From: an uncultured Bdellovibrio sp.
Lineage (GTDB): Bacteria > Bdellovibrionota > Bdellovibrionia > Bdellovibrionales > Bdellovibrionaceae
Direction: 5' to 3'
Assembly: GCA_963932905.1 (NCBI GenBank)
Contig: CAWVRN010000004.1
Coordinates: 32,001 to 96,000 of the forward strand
DNA length: 64,000 nucleotides
Part shown: piece after piece, positions 10,261 to 19,927 of the stretch
Layout: the number at the start of each line of letters is the position of its first letter
Position numbering within the stretch: the first letter of the stretch is position 1
The notes under the pieces: model-generated
Databases searched by the model: none
What the model saw: only the letters and a program-made list of their open reading frames with translations
Told to the model about the DNA's origin: nothing
Made by a program: the position numbers and the translations under genes

Positions 10261-11442
10261 TTAAAATGAGCGCTTTTTCAATTCACCTTGAATGATTGAA
10301 AAAGCCTCTTTCGGCTGATTTTCCACATTCCTGATCCCCAAACTTCGAATATATTCTACGAAACTCATATTTCCCGTTAATCCATACGTAGCCGCTGTTT
10401 CGTTTGCTTTACTGGACGTCGTATCCATCATTCTTAGTATAGATAAACTAGGTATAGCAGAAGAATGTTTGTCCCAGGCCTTAAATACTTCACAGAAAAA
10501 TTCCGCCTGTCTTTGATCACTACCGTTCAAGGCCGTTGATGTGGGATAGCCGACCTCTTCGATATGTATGGGTTTCGAAGTAAACGCGGCAAGTGAATCA
10601 AATACACCCGCTACCTGCGAATTTGACTTCACGGTAAAATCTGAATTCAATGGATAATAAGTAATGCCAACGAAATCAATTTTAGTACTTTGCAACCATC
10701 CAGTAAAAATATCAGGAGCCGGCGTATTTCCAAATGTAGGTATCAACAAACTGCGATCGGTAGCTCCGCGATAGGTAATCACAAACCCAAGCTTCAGGCC
10801 ACTATAGGCACCATTTGAATTTAGAAAATCCTTAATGCCTTCTAAAAACGTGACGTAGTCAGGTAACCAGAAATTCGTATCACCTCCTGGATTATAGCCG
10901 TCAATTTCATTACCCACTACAAGCCTGGTCACATTCTGAGGGCTCAAGTGTTGAAACACGTAAGTTAGCATTTGGTTATATCGAGTTATCATGTTGGCGT
11001 GATTAAAACGAAGTGCAACTAAATCACTGGGTACTGATTTTCCTGGAACATCGACCGGATGTATTCTGAGTGTGACTTTCAATCCCGAAGCTGACGCCGT
11101 CGCATTCAAAGCATCTAGATACGCCGTATACGTCGAAGAAAATACCCCGGACGAAGCCCCGCTTCCCGCCCCTTCCAAATCATTCCAATTCAAGTGAAAT
11201 GTCTGAAACTGGGCTCCCATATTTTTTAGCGTTGTTAAACTCTGACTATAAATTCCAGATTTAGGTTCATACAATATATCCATTCCAAACTGACGCTGCC
11301 CTTTAGTCAAAGGAATGGACTGGCATTGATAGGGAGCCGTCCCATTTGCTACTTCATCAGCGGGGGCAGCTAAATCTCCCGAAGAACCTCCCGAACATGA
11401 AATCAAAGAAAGCAGACTAAATAAGACAATTAGACATTTCAT
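10261..11442 (-). CDS. Lipoprotein, clan GH-A glycoside hydrolase-like
   Basis: Lipobox LISC; VGNE acid/base, ITYYP and EEVGYP nucleophile motifs. Confidence 0.7.
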   Translation of the reverse strand: MKCLIVLFSLLSLISCSGGSSGDLAAPADEVANGTAPYQCQSIPLTKGQRQFGMDILYEPKSGIYSQSLTTLKNMGAQFQTFHLNWNDLEGAGSGASSGVFSSTYTAYLDALNATASASGLKVTLRIHPVDVPGKSVPSDLVALRFNHANMITRYNQMLTYVFQHLSPQNVTRLVVGNEIDGYNPGGDTNFWLPDYVTFLEGIKDFLNSNGAYSGLKLGFVITYRGATDRSLLIPTFGNTPAPDIFTGWLQSTKIDFVGITYYPLNSDFTVKSNSQVAGVFDSLAAFTSKPIHIEEVGYPTSTALNGSDQRQAEFFCEVFKAWDKHSSAIPSLSILRMMDTTSSKANETAATYGLTGNMSFVEYIRSLGIRNVENQPKEAFSIIQGELKKRSF

Positions 11443-11537
11443 AAACGATTCCTCGCTTTAATATAAAACGTTCGAGCGAAATGAAGTGTGCCAAAATTTT
11501 TATGGTATCTAGTCTCAAAACAGGACACTCGAGTTTA

Positions 11538-11794
11538 GAACTGGCTCCTTAGCTTGCGGCTACGAAGCTAAATTCTATTGGAAAGACAGTTGTTTAGTTG
11601 AAATTTAAAAGCGCTGTCTTGAAACAGTTTTTCAAAAAAAACTATTATCCGAATTAATTCGTAATACATTCGAGTTTCGATCCCTCAAAAAAGCGAGCGT
11701 GTTGAATCTTTCTGGATTTTAGATAGCACGTTTTAAATTCACTTGATTTGACGATATTTTACTTGGCCTTAGCCGCAGGCTAAGGGGCCAGTTC
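11538..11794. mobile_element. MITE/REPIN-like element, copy 1 (257 bp)
   Basis: Ends GAACTGGCTCCTTAGCTTGCGGCTA / TAGCCGCAGGCTAAGGGGCCAGTTC are inverted repeats; near-identical to 19928-20187 and 47602-47858. Confidence 0.9.
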
Positions 11795-12958
11795 ATAATA
11801 AATGGGGCAGAACGGTTGATAGGGTTCAAGCCCCCATCGCTGCAACATATTGGCGTTTGGGTCGGATATGATTTTCCCGTCTTCCATAGCTTTAAATATC
11901 TCGGCCAATCTTAAAAACGGCTTAGCAGGCAAACTCGTTTCCACAGTGCAATCGTTGTCAGGAATTTCCATCAAAAATGTAGATAGTAAACTTTTCTTCG
12001 CTTCTTGCTGAGTTAAAGCCCATACGGGTGATTTAGTCATATTCTTTAGCTCAACAAAATACTTCTTTAATTTTTCATCCCGAATGTAAGTGCTGTAGAC
12101 ATCAAACGCAGCGGCACCAAAACATGAATTCCCAATTTTGTTTTTCGCCACAAACGCATCGGCAACCAACACCGCTCTTTCACGCGAGAAGAAGCACAAA
12201 TTTCCTTTAATGCGAGTGATGCGATGATCAAATGGCTCTGTTTTGATTTGCAATTTTTGAATCATTTTTTCTTGATAGGCAATAAAGTCACCTTTAGCGG
12301 ACTCGCCGATTTTATACTGTTCTAAAGAACTAGGTTGTTGAGTATTCTTCCGACCAGTCTTAAATGCGCGGAAACCATCAGAATACTTTTTAGAATCCTG
12401 AGGAATATAAAATGGAAAACCATAGTGATTAAATAGCAAACGCTGTTCACGAGGAACCGTAGAGCTTAATGTTTTGGTAATGCCGTACTGATCTAGCCCT
12501 GTAATTTGATACGAATGAATACCAGGACTGACGTAGACAATACCGGCCCTGATTGCCTCTCGATTGATATCGATTGGATAAGTATCACGGCTTAAGGTTT
12601 GCGTGTCCGTGACATCAAACACATAATTTAAATAAGCGCGGAAGCGCGCCACCGGATCAGCAATGTGATCAAACGATGACATAGTTTGATCAATCTTAAC
12701 GCCATCATAGCGATGAAAATCGACTGGTAAATTATTTTGAAAGGCATAGAAGGCACGCATCGCATAAGAGGCATCTGCACAATCAGTTTTTAAGCCAAAT
12801 AACGCACTCTCAGGATTCGTAAACACATCATTCGTCCAAGACCGACTGACCCAGTCAGAATACGCCTGTTCTGTACCATCGTCCCAATCGACTTTAGCGG
12901 TCCAAACCGCCGCGGGTAATTGCAATCCTAAAAAAAGAATAACGAATATCCATTTCAC
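11780..12958 (-). CDS. Secreted hypothetical protein with DCAD...H motif (possible Cys-His hydrolase/transpeptidase)
   Basis: GTG 12958 overlaps upstream TGA; signal peptide; KTDCAD and GIHSY; last four codons and stop lie inside the repeat. Confidence 0.75.
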   Translation of the reverse strand: MKWIFVILFLGLQLPAAVWTAKVDWDDGTEQAYSDWVSRSWTNDVFTNPESALFGLKTDCADASYAMRAFYAFQNNLPVDFHRYDGVKIDQTMSSFDHIADPVARFRAYLNYVFDVTDTQTLSRDTYPIDINREAIRAGIVYVSPGIHSYQITGLDQYGITKTLSSTVPREQRLLFNHYGFPFYIPQDSKKYSDGFRAFKTGRKNTQQPSSLEQYKIGESAKGDFIAYQEKMIQKLQIKTEPFDHRITRIKGNLCFFSRERAVLVADAFVAKNKIGNSCFGAAAFDVYSTYIRDEKLKKYFVELKNMTKSPVWALTQQEAKKSLLSTFLMEIPDNDCTVETSLPAKPFLRLAEIFKAMEDGKIISDPNANMLQRWGLEPYQPFCPIYYELAP

Positions 12959-13533
12959 TGGGCAATCTCGGCGTTCCATTTAGTTTGATACGTGATTTGG
13001 CCGTAAACGCCTTTACAAATATACAGGACAGGATTTAGCTCTGAATCCACAAGGAGAAACGCTTTTTGAGTTTCCGTTGGACAACTACTTAAGAAACGCG
13101 CTCTTGCATTTTCATATTTTTCATCTGACTGAGTATCTTCAAACAAATTCAAAATCGCATTTTCATCGATCAGGCGTAGTTCACTTTTTTTGATACGGCT
13201 AAAAACTTCGGTCCAATCCAGGTTATTTGGAGCCAGCGTGAATAGTTTCGAAAAATCATTGAACAAGGCAAATACGTTTAAGTTTCTAGACGTCACGCAG
13301 CCTTCACACGAATCAGAATTCACAAGGCAAGAATCAGCGCCGCAGTAGTTTTGACACAAACTATTGTGTTCTGCGCGGCAGGTGACAAAGTAGCCAACAT
13401 TCAAATCGCCATTCTCGTTAAAAGATTTTTTCGAAAACGTATAAGGAACGCCGCCATAATTAGTATCTAGTTTCAAAGTTATTCCTGCGAATGAATAGAC
13501 GCCGGCAAGTAACATCATCATTAGATACTTCAT
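12955..13533 (-). CDS. Secreted Cys-rich hypothetical protein
   Basis: Signal peptide; C-x7-C-x3-C-x4-C...CEGC; ATGA overlap with upstream gene. Confidence 0.8.
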   Translation of the reverse strand: MKYLMMMLLAGVYSFAGITLKLDTNYGGVPYTFSKKSFNENGDLNVGYFVTCRAEHNSLCQNYCGADSCLVNSDSCEGCVTSRNLNVFALFNDFSKLFTLAPNNLDWTEVFSRIKKSELRLIDENAILNLFEDTQSDEKYENARARFLSSCPTETQKAFLLVDSELNPVLYICKGVYGQITYQTKWNAEIAQ

Positions 13534-16055
13534 TTGGCGCTCCGAGCGCAGCTAGGTAGTTTTTTAGGAATACCGACAGAGGTTGGTTTTTTACCTTTTT
13601 GACAAGTGATTGGAATACGCGTTTCGCGCTCACACCCTTCAAATTTCACCCAAGCATCAGTGTACGATTCATTATGCGAAAAGCCTTCGTCATTCGAATT
13701 CCAAAGGCTTCCGTCTTTAACTTTAGCGCCTGTTTTGTTTTCTAGTTCTGAAATTGTGTATGACAAGCAAATATTTTCCATACACTTGGCCCCGTTCATC
13801 AATTCATACATGCAGGAATCCGGAATCGAATTATATTTAACATAGGCATCTTTAACGTACTCTGGATTTACTTTTAATTCGATCGGCTGATTGATCGGAT
13901 TTTCATCGTCTTTAAAGTGACTGACTAAACTGGCGAAAAAACGAATTCCGAAACGAAAGATATTGTAATGATTTGTCACTGCGGTGATAGCTACTTCTTC
14001 AAAGTTCAGCATACACGCACCACACGCTGCCATTTCTTTAGACTGGTTCGTTTGTAGTTCTAGATTATTAGAAACCATCTGACCATCAGCATTTCGGATA
14101 CAACCTTGGAACGTGATGCCTTTGAATAACAATCCCATGTTGGGCGGTTTGATCTTGCTGGCATTCGATACGCTAACATAGCACGGAGCTTTTGCTAGCT
14201 GACCTAAATCTAAGAATACCGTGGTCGACATAGTCTTTTGATCAAACTGTGGATCAAATTTGATTTTTCCATTTTCATACAACTGTGAAAAGCTAACTAG
14301 TTTTTTTGTGTCGAAATCTAAATCCAGGTAAATCGGAAGCATCGTTACGCCCGAAATAACCGAGCTCACTAAATCAGACACTAGGTTTTTCTTGCGAAGC
14401 TGGCTTTGCTGCCAGGGATCGAACAGACCGCAGGCCACATCGGCGCCTAAATAATTTTGCGACACAGTTTCGTTCGCGGACTGGTTTCTAGAAACACCTT
14501 TGTAAAGTGCCACTTGATAGACGTTGACCATGTCTTCCATGATATTACGCGTACAATCAACCGTTGTCGTACAAACCACATCCTCTTTTAAACGCACGTA
14601 AGCATCGCGGCTGGAATACGGGATCTGCGATGAAACTCCGGATGCATCTTGGAACTCAATAGGTAAGGCGTATTGAGTGATCGTCTGGAACCATTTTCTA
14701 GACGGAGCGGGATCGCCTATATCGAACGAATTCGTCGACATCATTTTGGTTTTCAAAATATTTTCCACGCGCTCGCAGTAAGGCGCTAACGATTGAACGT
14801 ACGTTAAGCCTTTAAAAAATAAATCTTCTGGACGTTGATTTAACGCGCTGACTTCATTCAATCCAGAAACTTGGAATTTAGAAATCGAAATCTCTCTAGC
14901 AAATGGACTCAAATCTGGACGTACGATTTTATTTACTTCCGCACACAACGTGTAGACTTCAGGTTTAAGGTTCGCCTCATTGAACGAAGGTGCTAAATCT
15001 TTTAGCAACTGATTCGCATTTTTTTGATTAAAAATAACAGCTAGATTCCGAATTGATTTGTACAATTGAAAATTCGATTGATGACGAATTTTCATCAATG
15101 ACATTAATTCCGCGCGGGTGTTTGTATTTGTAGATGATTTTTGTTCTGGCGGGCGCAGACGCTCATCAAATGTACTTAACTGCCCTTTCATTATTTCATT
15201 CGCCATCAAATACGAACTTTGAAAGCTACCTTTACGCAGCGTCGTTTTTAGCTGCGAGACATTTAAAAAATCAGTGTCGCACTCCGGACGACTGATAGAA
15301 TAACAACCATCAGCCATCAAAGTTACAATTTCATCCACCGCAAAACTGCGTACGATTTCTTGGTTTTGCAAAACGGGATGAGTCCACTTCTGTGCCCAGA
15401 ACAGACTTAAGTAAATCTTAAATGATCTCCAAAATTCAAAACCAGTTTGTTGCCAATTGGCGGTATCTTTCAGATCAAATTTCAAAACTACGTCGGGATT
15501 ATTTTTAGTTTCACCCAAAAAAATCTTTTCGCAGTTATCGATATAGGATCCTTTATCCAAGTACGCTATGGCAAGCTCTTCAAGGTCATTCGCGTTTGGT
15601 GTTTTAGTAGAAAACAACATGGGTAGAGATTTCTTAACCCAGGTACATTGAACCTGTGATTTTTCGGGCGAAACCTGACTAATTTTGTGCTTGTACTGCA
15701 AAATTAGATTTTTATATTCCGGACAGTTTAATGTTTGGCCACAAAATTTAAGCTGAGCTTCAGAAATGATCGGAAGTTCACCTGCCAGCATCAATTCCAT
15801 GATTCGTTTTGAAAGGAAAAAACTACGCGCATGCAGCTGCTGCCAAGTCTTTGTAACCAGCTCTAGATTGTCTATTCCGGCTTCACGTGCCCATTTTGTG
15901 GCAGCACGCCCCGAAGCAAATCCATCCACAAACATATAGGCACTTTTCGTAGGAATGATGGACTGGCGAGCGCATAAATTTGGACTCGAGAAATATAAAT
16001 TGCTGTCAGCAAGGAGGATCAAAGGAAGAAATATCAACATAAACAACGACTTCAT
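13530..16055 (-). CDS. Large secreted Cys-rich hypothetical protein (841 aa)
   Basis: Long ORF, GGAGG RBS, signal peptide, many paired Cys. Confidence 0.85.
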   Translation of the reverse strand: MKSLFMLIFLPLILLADSNLYFSSPNLCARQSIIPTKSAYMFVDGFASGRAATKWAREAGIDNLELVTKTWQQLHARSFFLSKRIMELMLAGELPIISEAQLKFCGQTLNCPEYKNLILQYKHKISQVSPEKSQVQCTWVKKSLPMLFSTKTPNANDLEELAIAYLDKGSYIDNCEKIFLGETKNNPDVVLKFDLKDTANWQQTGFEFWRSFKIYLSLFWAQKWTHPVLQNQEIVRSFAVDEIVTLMADGCYSISRPECDTDFLNVSQLKTTLRKGSFQSSYLMANEIMKGQLSTFDERLRPPEQKSSTNTNTRAELMSLMKIRHQSNFQLYKSIRNLAVIFNQKNANQLLKDLAPSFNEANLKPEVYTLCAEVNKIVRPDLSPFAREISISKFQVSGLNEVSALNQRPEDLFFKGLTYVQSLAPYCERVENILKTKMMSTNSFDIGDPAPSRKWFQTITQYALPIEFQDASGVSSQIPYSSRDAYVRLKEDVVCTTTVDCTRNIMEDMVNVYQVALYKGVSRNQSANETVSQNYLGADVACGLFDPWQQSQLRKKNLVSDLVSSVISGVTMLPIYLDLDFDTKKLVSFSQLYENGKIKFDPQFDQKTMSTTVFLDLGQLAKAPCYVSVSNASKIKPPNMGLLFKGITFQGCIRNADGQMVSNNLELQTNQSKEMAACGACMLNFEEVAITAVTNHYNIFRFGIRFFASLVSHFKDDENPINQPIELKVNPEYVKDAYVKYNSIPDSCMYELMNGAKCMENICLSYTISELENKTGAKVKDGSLWNSNDEGFSHNESYTDAWVKFEGCERETRIPITCQKGKKPTSVGIPKKLPSCARSAK

Positions 16056-16086
16056 ATTCCTCCTTTCAAAAGGCTTAAAAAAACAA

Positions 16087-16644
16087 CTAGTTATTTAAAC
16101 GCTGGCCGCAATTGTTTTGGCTAGGTTTGACTGTAGCCAGTACAGCCAAAGCTGTTTTAACCGCGTCCGGAGTCGGCATGTCTTCGCCCTTTTTCCAAGC
16201 TGCAAAAACCTTGCTCACGTACTCTTGCGAAGCCATCAAATGTTGGTAGGTTTCGATCACACGGTAAGTGCCTTCTGGAACGTAGCGGATACATTTGAAG
16301 TTATAGTATGTAAATGTGATTGCTAAACCGTAGTATTGTTCCGAGCTTGAACCACTATAGATATTGATGCCACCGCCATTTGTCCCGTAGTTAGGGCCTT
16401 CGCCAGCGCCAATAGAAACTTTTGGTTCGAAACCTTTCCCCTCATCTATGAAAAGAGCGCAGCCATTGACTGCGTCACATTTCATTTTCACGCCTTCAGT
16501 CACTTTTTGTTCCACTTTAGCGACTGTGCCTAAAGCAGGAGTTGAGGATTGCGAATCACCTAACGTATCGGCACCCAGTGCATCTAACCCAGACGATTGT
16601 GCAAAAGCCGCTGTTGTAATCAAAAGCGCTAACAGAGTTTTCAT
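16087..16644 (-). CDS. Secreted hypothetical protein (185 aa)
   Basis: AGGAG RBS, signal peptide ending AFA, four Cys. Confidence 0.8.
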   Translation of the reverse strand: MKTLLALLITTAAFAQSSGLDALGADTLGDSQSSTPALGTVAKVEQKVTEGVKMKCDAVNGCALFIDEGKGFEPKVSIGAGEGPNYGTNGGGINIYSGSSSEQYYGLAITFTYYNFKCIRYVPEGTYRVIETYQHLMASQEYVSKVFAAWKKGEDMPTPDAVKTALAVLATVKPSQNNCGQRLNN

Positions 16645-16654
16645 TGTGGTCTCC

Positions 16655-18202
16655 TTAAAAACATTTTATTCGGCTCATTTCACTGAGATCCGATTTATTA
16701 ATTTGATTCTTAAAATTACGTTTATAAATTTGAATTGGTTTAATCTTTGTACCGATTTCAGCTTCTTCAACCACGAAAGAAACGCGGATTTCAGGCATTT
16801 CATCAATTTCATCAAAATTACGGCACTCACCGTTTAGGCAGTACGCGCGGTAATTAACTGGACTCAATGGAATCATCGCAAACGCTGTTGTTTTTGGATC
16901 GGCCCAGGCTTGATCAAGCTCTGGAAGAACTTTGATATCAGAGATACCGGCAAGAGGTTTTAATTCATCGATCTTGTCGTCGTTCTTAGCTAAATTCGTA
17001 GGCACTGGGTTTGCTTTTCTGTATTTCTTCAGCTGTTCTGTGAAAAAATCCACGAAACGCTGAGGACCACGATTTGGGGATAGTAATTCAGTTTTTAAAA
17101 CCAAAATATCGCCGACTTCAATTTTGGTCGCATTTTCATTTAAAACAAATGAATCAAACGCAGGACCAAAGTTAAATGTTTCTGATAAACCATCCACACC
17201 CATCCATGAGGCCGGAATATTCGCGCCCGAATACCATGACCTTAAAATCACAGGCGTCGCGTAATTTCCATTTTTCACCAAATATAACGAATGATTTAAA
17301 ACGAACGGGCTTTTTTGTTTTGAGAAATTCTTAACCATGTATTCAGATTTCACTCGTAATTGAGTGTGTTTTGAACCAACTAGTGACAAGTTTAAGAAAT
17401 CAAAATCAAATTCGTACTTGCCCGATTTTCTAACTGAATACAGCTGATCACCTAACTTATAACGTGGATCTTCGCTAGTACCATTTTCAAATACGAACTC
17501 TAGTTTTTTATCTAAAATCAATTCCGGAGGTGCTGTATTTTTCTTATCCCTAGCAATCGAAGACGTTCTTAATCGCAAATTTAGGTCCGTCAAATTGGCA
17601 GACGATTTACATGAGTTTAAAACAACCCATTCTACTTTTAAGCTTAGCAATCCCTGGCCTGATACACGGCAGTTTTCACCTTTTAGAAGAAGATTAGAAT
17701 TGGATTTTTTTAAAACCACTTGGCAGTTTAAAGACGAATCTACATTGATTGGTTTTTCACTTGTTTCTTGGACACTCATGCCGATACAAGAATCCGCTAA
17801 CGCCACTAAGGACGCCGTTTGACTACTTGGATCTGTGAATTTGTCATGAGATTGATTACTGGCCGTTATCGCCGCCGAAGGATCTGAATTCAAAGATTCT
17901 ATTTGACAGCTTCGTTTTGTCGTCGCCGTTTGAGTCATCCACGATTCCGTAGAAAAATTCTGTGGTGATGGCAGCTCAACAGTTTTTGAAAGCACTACAT
18001 CTTGAGCGCAGTTCTTTAATTCATACGCGCCGATATTATATTTAGTTAACTTATCATTCAGCGCGTAGAATATTTTCGCATTACGTTTGTTTTCAGCTTC
18101 GACTTGGCAAGCGCCAGCCGTTTGAGCATGAAAATACCCAACTAAGATAATCGCACTTAATACTGTCGATCTCAATGTAGGTATTTTCATCGAATGGCTC
18201 AT
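16655..18202 (-). CDS. Secreted hypothetical protein (~515 aa)
   Basis: ATG 18202 after AGGA avoids overlap with the upstream gene; signal-like segment, Cys pairs, beta-rich. Confidence 0.8.
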   Translation of the reverse strand: MSHSMKIPTLRSTVLSAIILVGYFHAQTAGACQVEAENKRNAKIFYALNDKLTKYNIGAYELKNCAQDVVLSKTVELPSPQNFSTESWMTQTATTKRSCQIESLNSDPSAAITASNQSHDKFTDPSSQTASLVALADSCIGMSVQETSEKPINVDSSLNCQVVLKKSNSNLLLKGENCRVSGQGLLSLKVEWVVLNSCKSSANLTDLNLRLRTSSIARDKKNTAPPELILDKKLEFVFENGTSEDPRYKLGDQLYSVRKSGKYEFDFDFLNLSLVGSKHTQLRVKSEYMVKNFSKQKSPFVLNHSLYLVKNGNYATPVILRSWYSGANIPASWMGVDGLSETFNFGPAFDSFVLNENATKIEVGDILVLKTELLSPNRGPQRFVDFFTEQLKKYRKANPVPTNLAKNDDKIDELKPLAGISDIKVLPELDQAWADPKTTAFAMIPLSPVNYRAYCLNGECRNFDEIDEMPEIRVSFVVEEAEIGTKIKPIQIYKRNFKNQINKSDLSEMSRIKCF

Positions 18203-18221
18203 TTTATCTCTGTTCCTATAC

Positions 18222-19166
18222 TTAGTCTTGAGATGGATCGCTGATTTTAGTGTAAGTACAAACTTCTGCGCCTTCACCTTGGTTATCACGTTTTAAAGGT
18301 AAAGCTGTTTTCCAGTTAGTTTCACGGAAGATGTAACGTACTTTACAGAACTTAGGATCAATAGTTGAACCATGAGACACTGTTTGAGCTGATGCACGTA
18401 AAGACGCTTCCGCCGAAGAATTGTAGAATGTTGCGCCCGACACTGGACCTGATGGAACACCCGTTGTACCGTTGATTACGAAATCAGATGTAGCCGACGA
18501 AGTACCGCAAACGACGTGACGTTCAACAGTTAAACCTGCTTTTTCTGTGTAGATTTCCCCAACTACGTTGAAATCTAAACCATTACGATTGTTATCAAAT
18601 GAACCATAACCTAATAAGTCAGTTACTAAGAACGGAATAGCTGATGCTTCAGATGACAATACGAAGTATCCACCACCATTTGGAATTTGCGTTCCACGGT
18701 AGCAAATATCAATAAAATATGAACCGGTGTAAGCTTCCGTCATAAAGTGAGTCGCCACGTCAGAGATTTCTCTGTTCCATGAATCTGCTGAAGAAAATAC
18801 TGCTTCGAATTTTGGACCAGCTGCGTTTTTAGTAAACGGAACTGCTGCGGCTGCCGAATTGTATGTTTTGTATTTCAATAACAATTTATTCACGTACGTT
18901 TCGCCTTGGCCACCTTTATCGATACAAATACAGTTTGTGTTACAGTTTTCTTTAGCTGTCGAGCAGCTCGTCGGTGTACAAAAGTTTTTTGTGCCTTTGA
19001 AATAGCAAACCGAATTCTGCATGAATGCCGAGGCCACGCCTGCATTACATGCATAGATGTCTGGACCGCTTGAAAAGATTTTTGATTTAAATCTTAGCGA
19101 GATTGCGTTGGCTTGAACTAGTCCAAGCAATAAAGTCATAATAACAATAAAATTCATTTTTCCCAT
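18222..19166 (-). CDS. Secreted Cys-rich protein, first gene of the six-gene operon
   Basis: AAGGAG RBS; signal peptide ending ANA; 11 Cys (YACNAG, DICYRG, FCKVRY, VCTYT). Confidence 0.85.
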   Translation of the reverse strand: MGKMNFIVIMTLLLGLVQANAISLRFKSKIFSSGPDIYACNAGVASAFMQNSVCYFKGTKNFCTPTSCSTAKENCNTNCICIDKGGQGETYVNKLLLKYKTYNSAAAAVPFTKNAAGPKFEAVFSSADSWNREISDVATHFMTEAYTGSYFIDICYRGTQIPNGGGYFVLSSEASAIPFLVTDLLGYGSFDNNRNGLDFNVVGEIYTEKAGLTVERHVVCGTSSATSDFVINGTTGVPSGPVSGATFYNSSAEASLRASAQTVSHGSTIDPKFCKVRYIFRETNWKTALPLKRDNQGEGAEVCTYTKISDPSQD

Positions 19167-19278
19167 TTGGGCTCCTTAAAGTGTTTGGTTAAAAATGTTG
19201 GGCTAGTTATGACAAAATTATTGAACGACTTCAATACATAGATATCGAAAGACCAATTTATACATGGTGTGACCAATT

Positions 19279-19455
19279 ATGTTTACACTTCAAGAAGTGT
19301 TGAATGAAATTTTTGGGACAAAAAGCCCCGAACCTGCGACAGAACCAGGTTTTATCGAAATGATTTTGCGTAGTTTTAAAACGAAAAAAATTGCAGTCAC
19401 AGATTTTCAATCAAGTGAAATAGAGGAATCAACGACGTTCAACAAATATTACTGA
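19279..19455 (+). CDS. Small divergent ORF (58 aa), below ORF-track cutoff
   Basis: MFTLQEVLNEIFGTKSPEP...TFNKYY*; GGTG upstream; followed by ATGTGT/ACACAT hairpin with T tract (19461-19491). Confidence 0.45.
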   Translation: MFTLQEVLNEIFGTKSPEPATEPGFIEMILRSFKTKKIAVTDFQSSEIEESTTFNKYY

Positions 19456-19516
19456 GTTATAAAAAGGATGTGTTTGGATCACACATTTTTTAATGAAAAT
19501 TTAAAACCAAAAAATT

Positions 19517-19718
19517 TTTGACCCGCCTGCGATCTTTGACATCTGTAAACAGAATACTGGATGTCTAAATACCGGTTGTGGTTGAGATAGACGTCAAGTG
19601 CCATAGGCGGATCAAACCCTAAATAAAAGCTCGGACCAGAGTACGTACCATATGTTGAAAACTTACCGAGTAACGTGCCGTTGTTTTCAATGTCCGTTTA
19701 AGGGTATTACAAATACCC
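19517..19718. ncRNA. Candidate structured non-coding RNA (two multi-stem domains)
   Basis: Nested complementary segments 19517-28/19605-16, 19536-44/19589-97, 19632-36/19692-96, 19654-62/19683-91, 19702-08/19712-18; no ORF of 60 aa or more. Confidence 0.4.
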
Positions 19719-19927
19719 GGCCAAAGCTATAAAGAATCCTTAACATATAAAGATTTTTTGTTGACCAAAAACAAGGCAGCAAGACGATTTTCGCCGCCAC
19801 TTTCGTCGGTATGTAATTTATAACTGTCTAATATCATTACAGTTTTAAGATTTTATCTTGGTCTCTCTATATATAGAGCATTCATAGACGATTACCCGCA
19901 GCCAGCGGCGATGGGCATTCCCTGTTA

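Noticed and set aside
11538..11794. Autonomous IS or tRNA/rRNA identity for the repeat
   Set aside because: No transposase ORF in the element or the window; no cloverleaf or rRNA signatures
19700..19770. c-di-GMP-I riboswitch (hairpin followed by GGCCAAAGCTATA)
   Set aside because: No GNRA-capped P2 or convincing P1/P3, and no downstream gene on that strand
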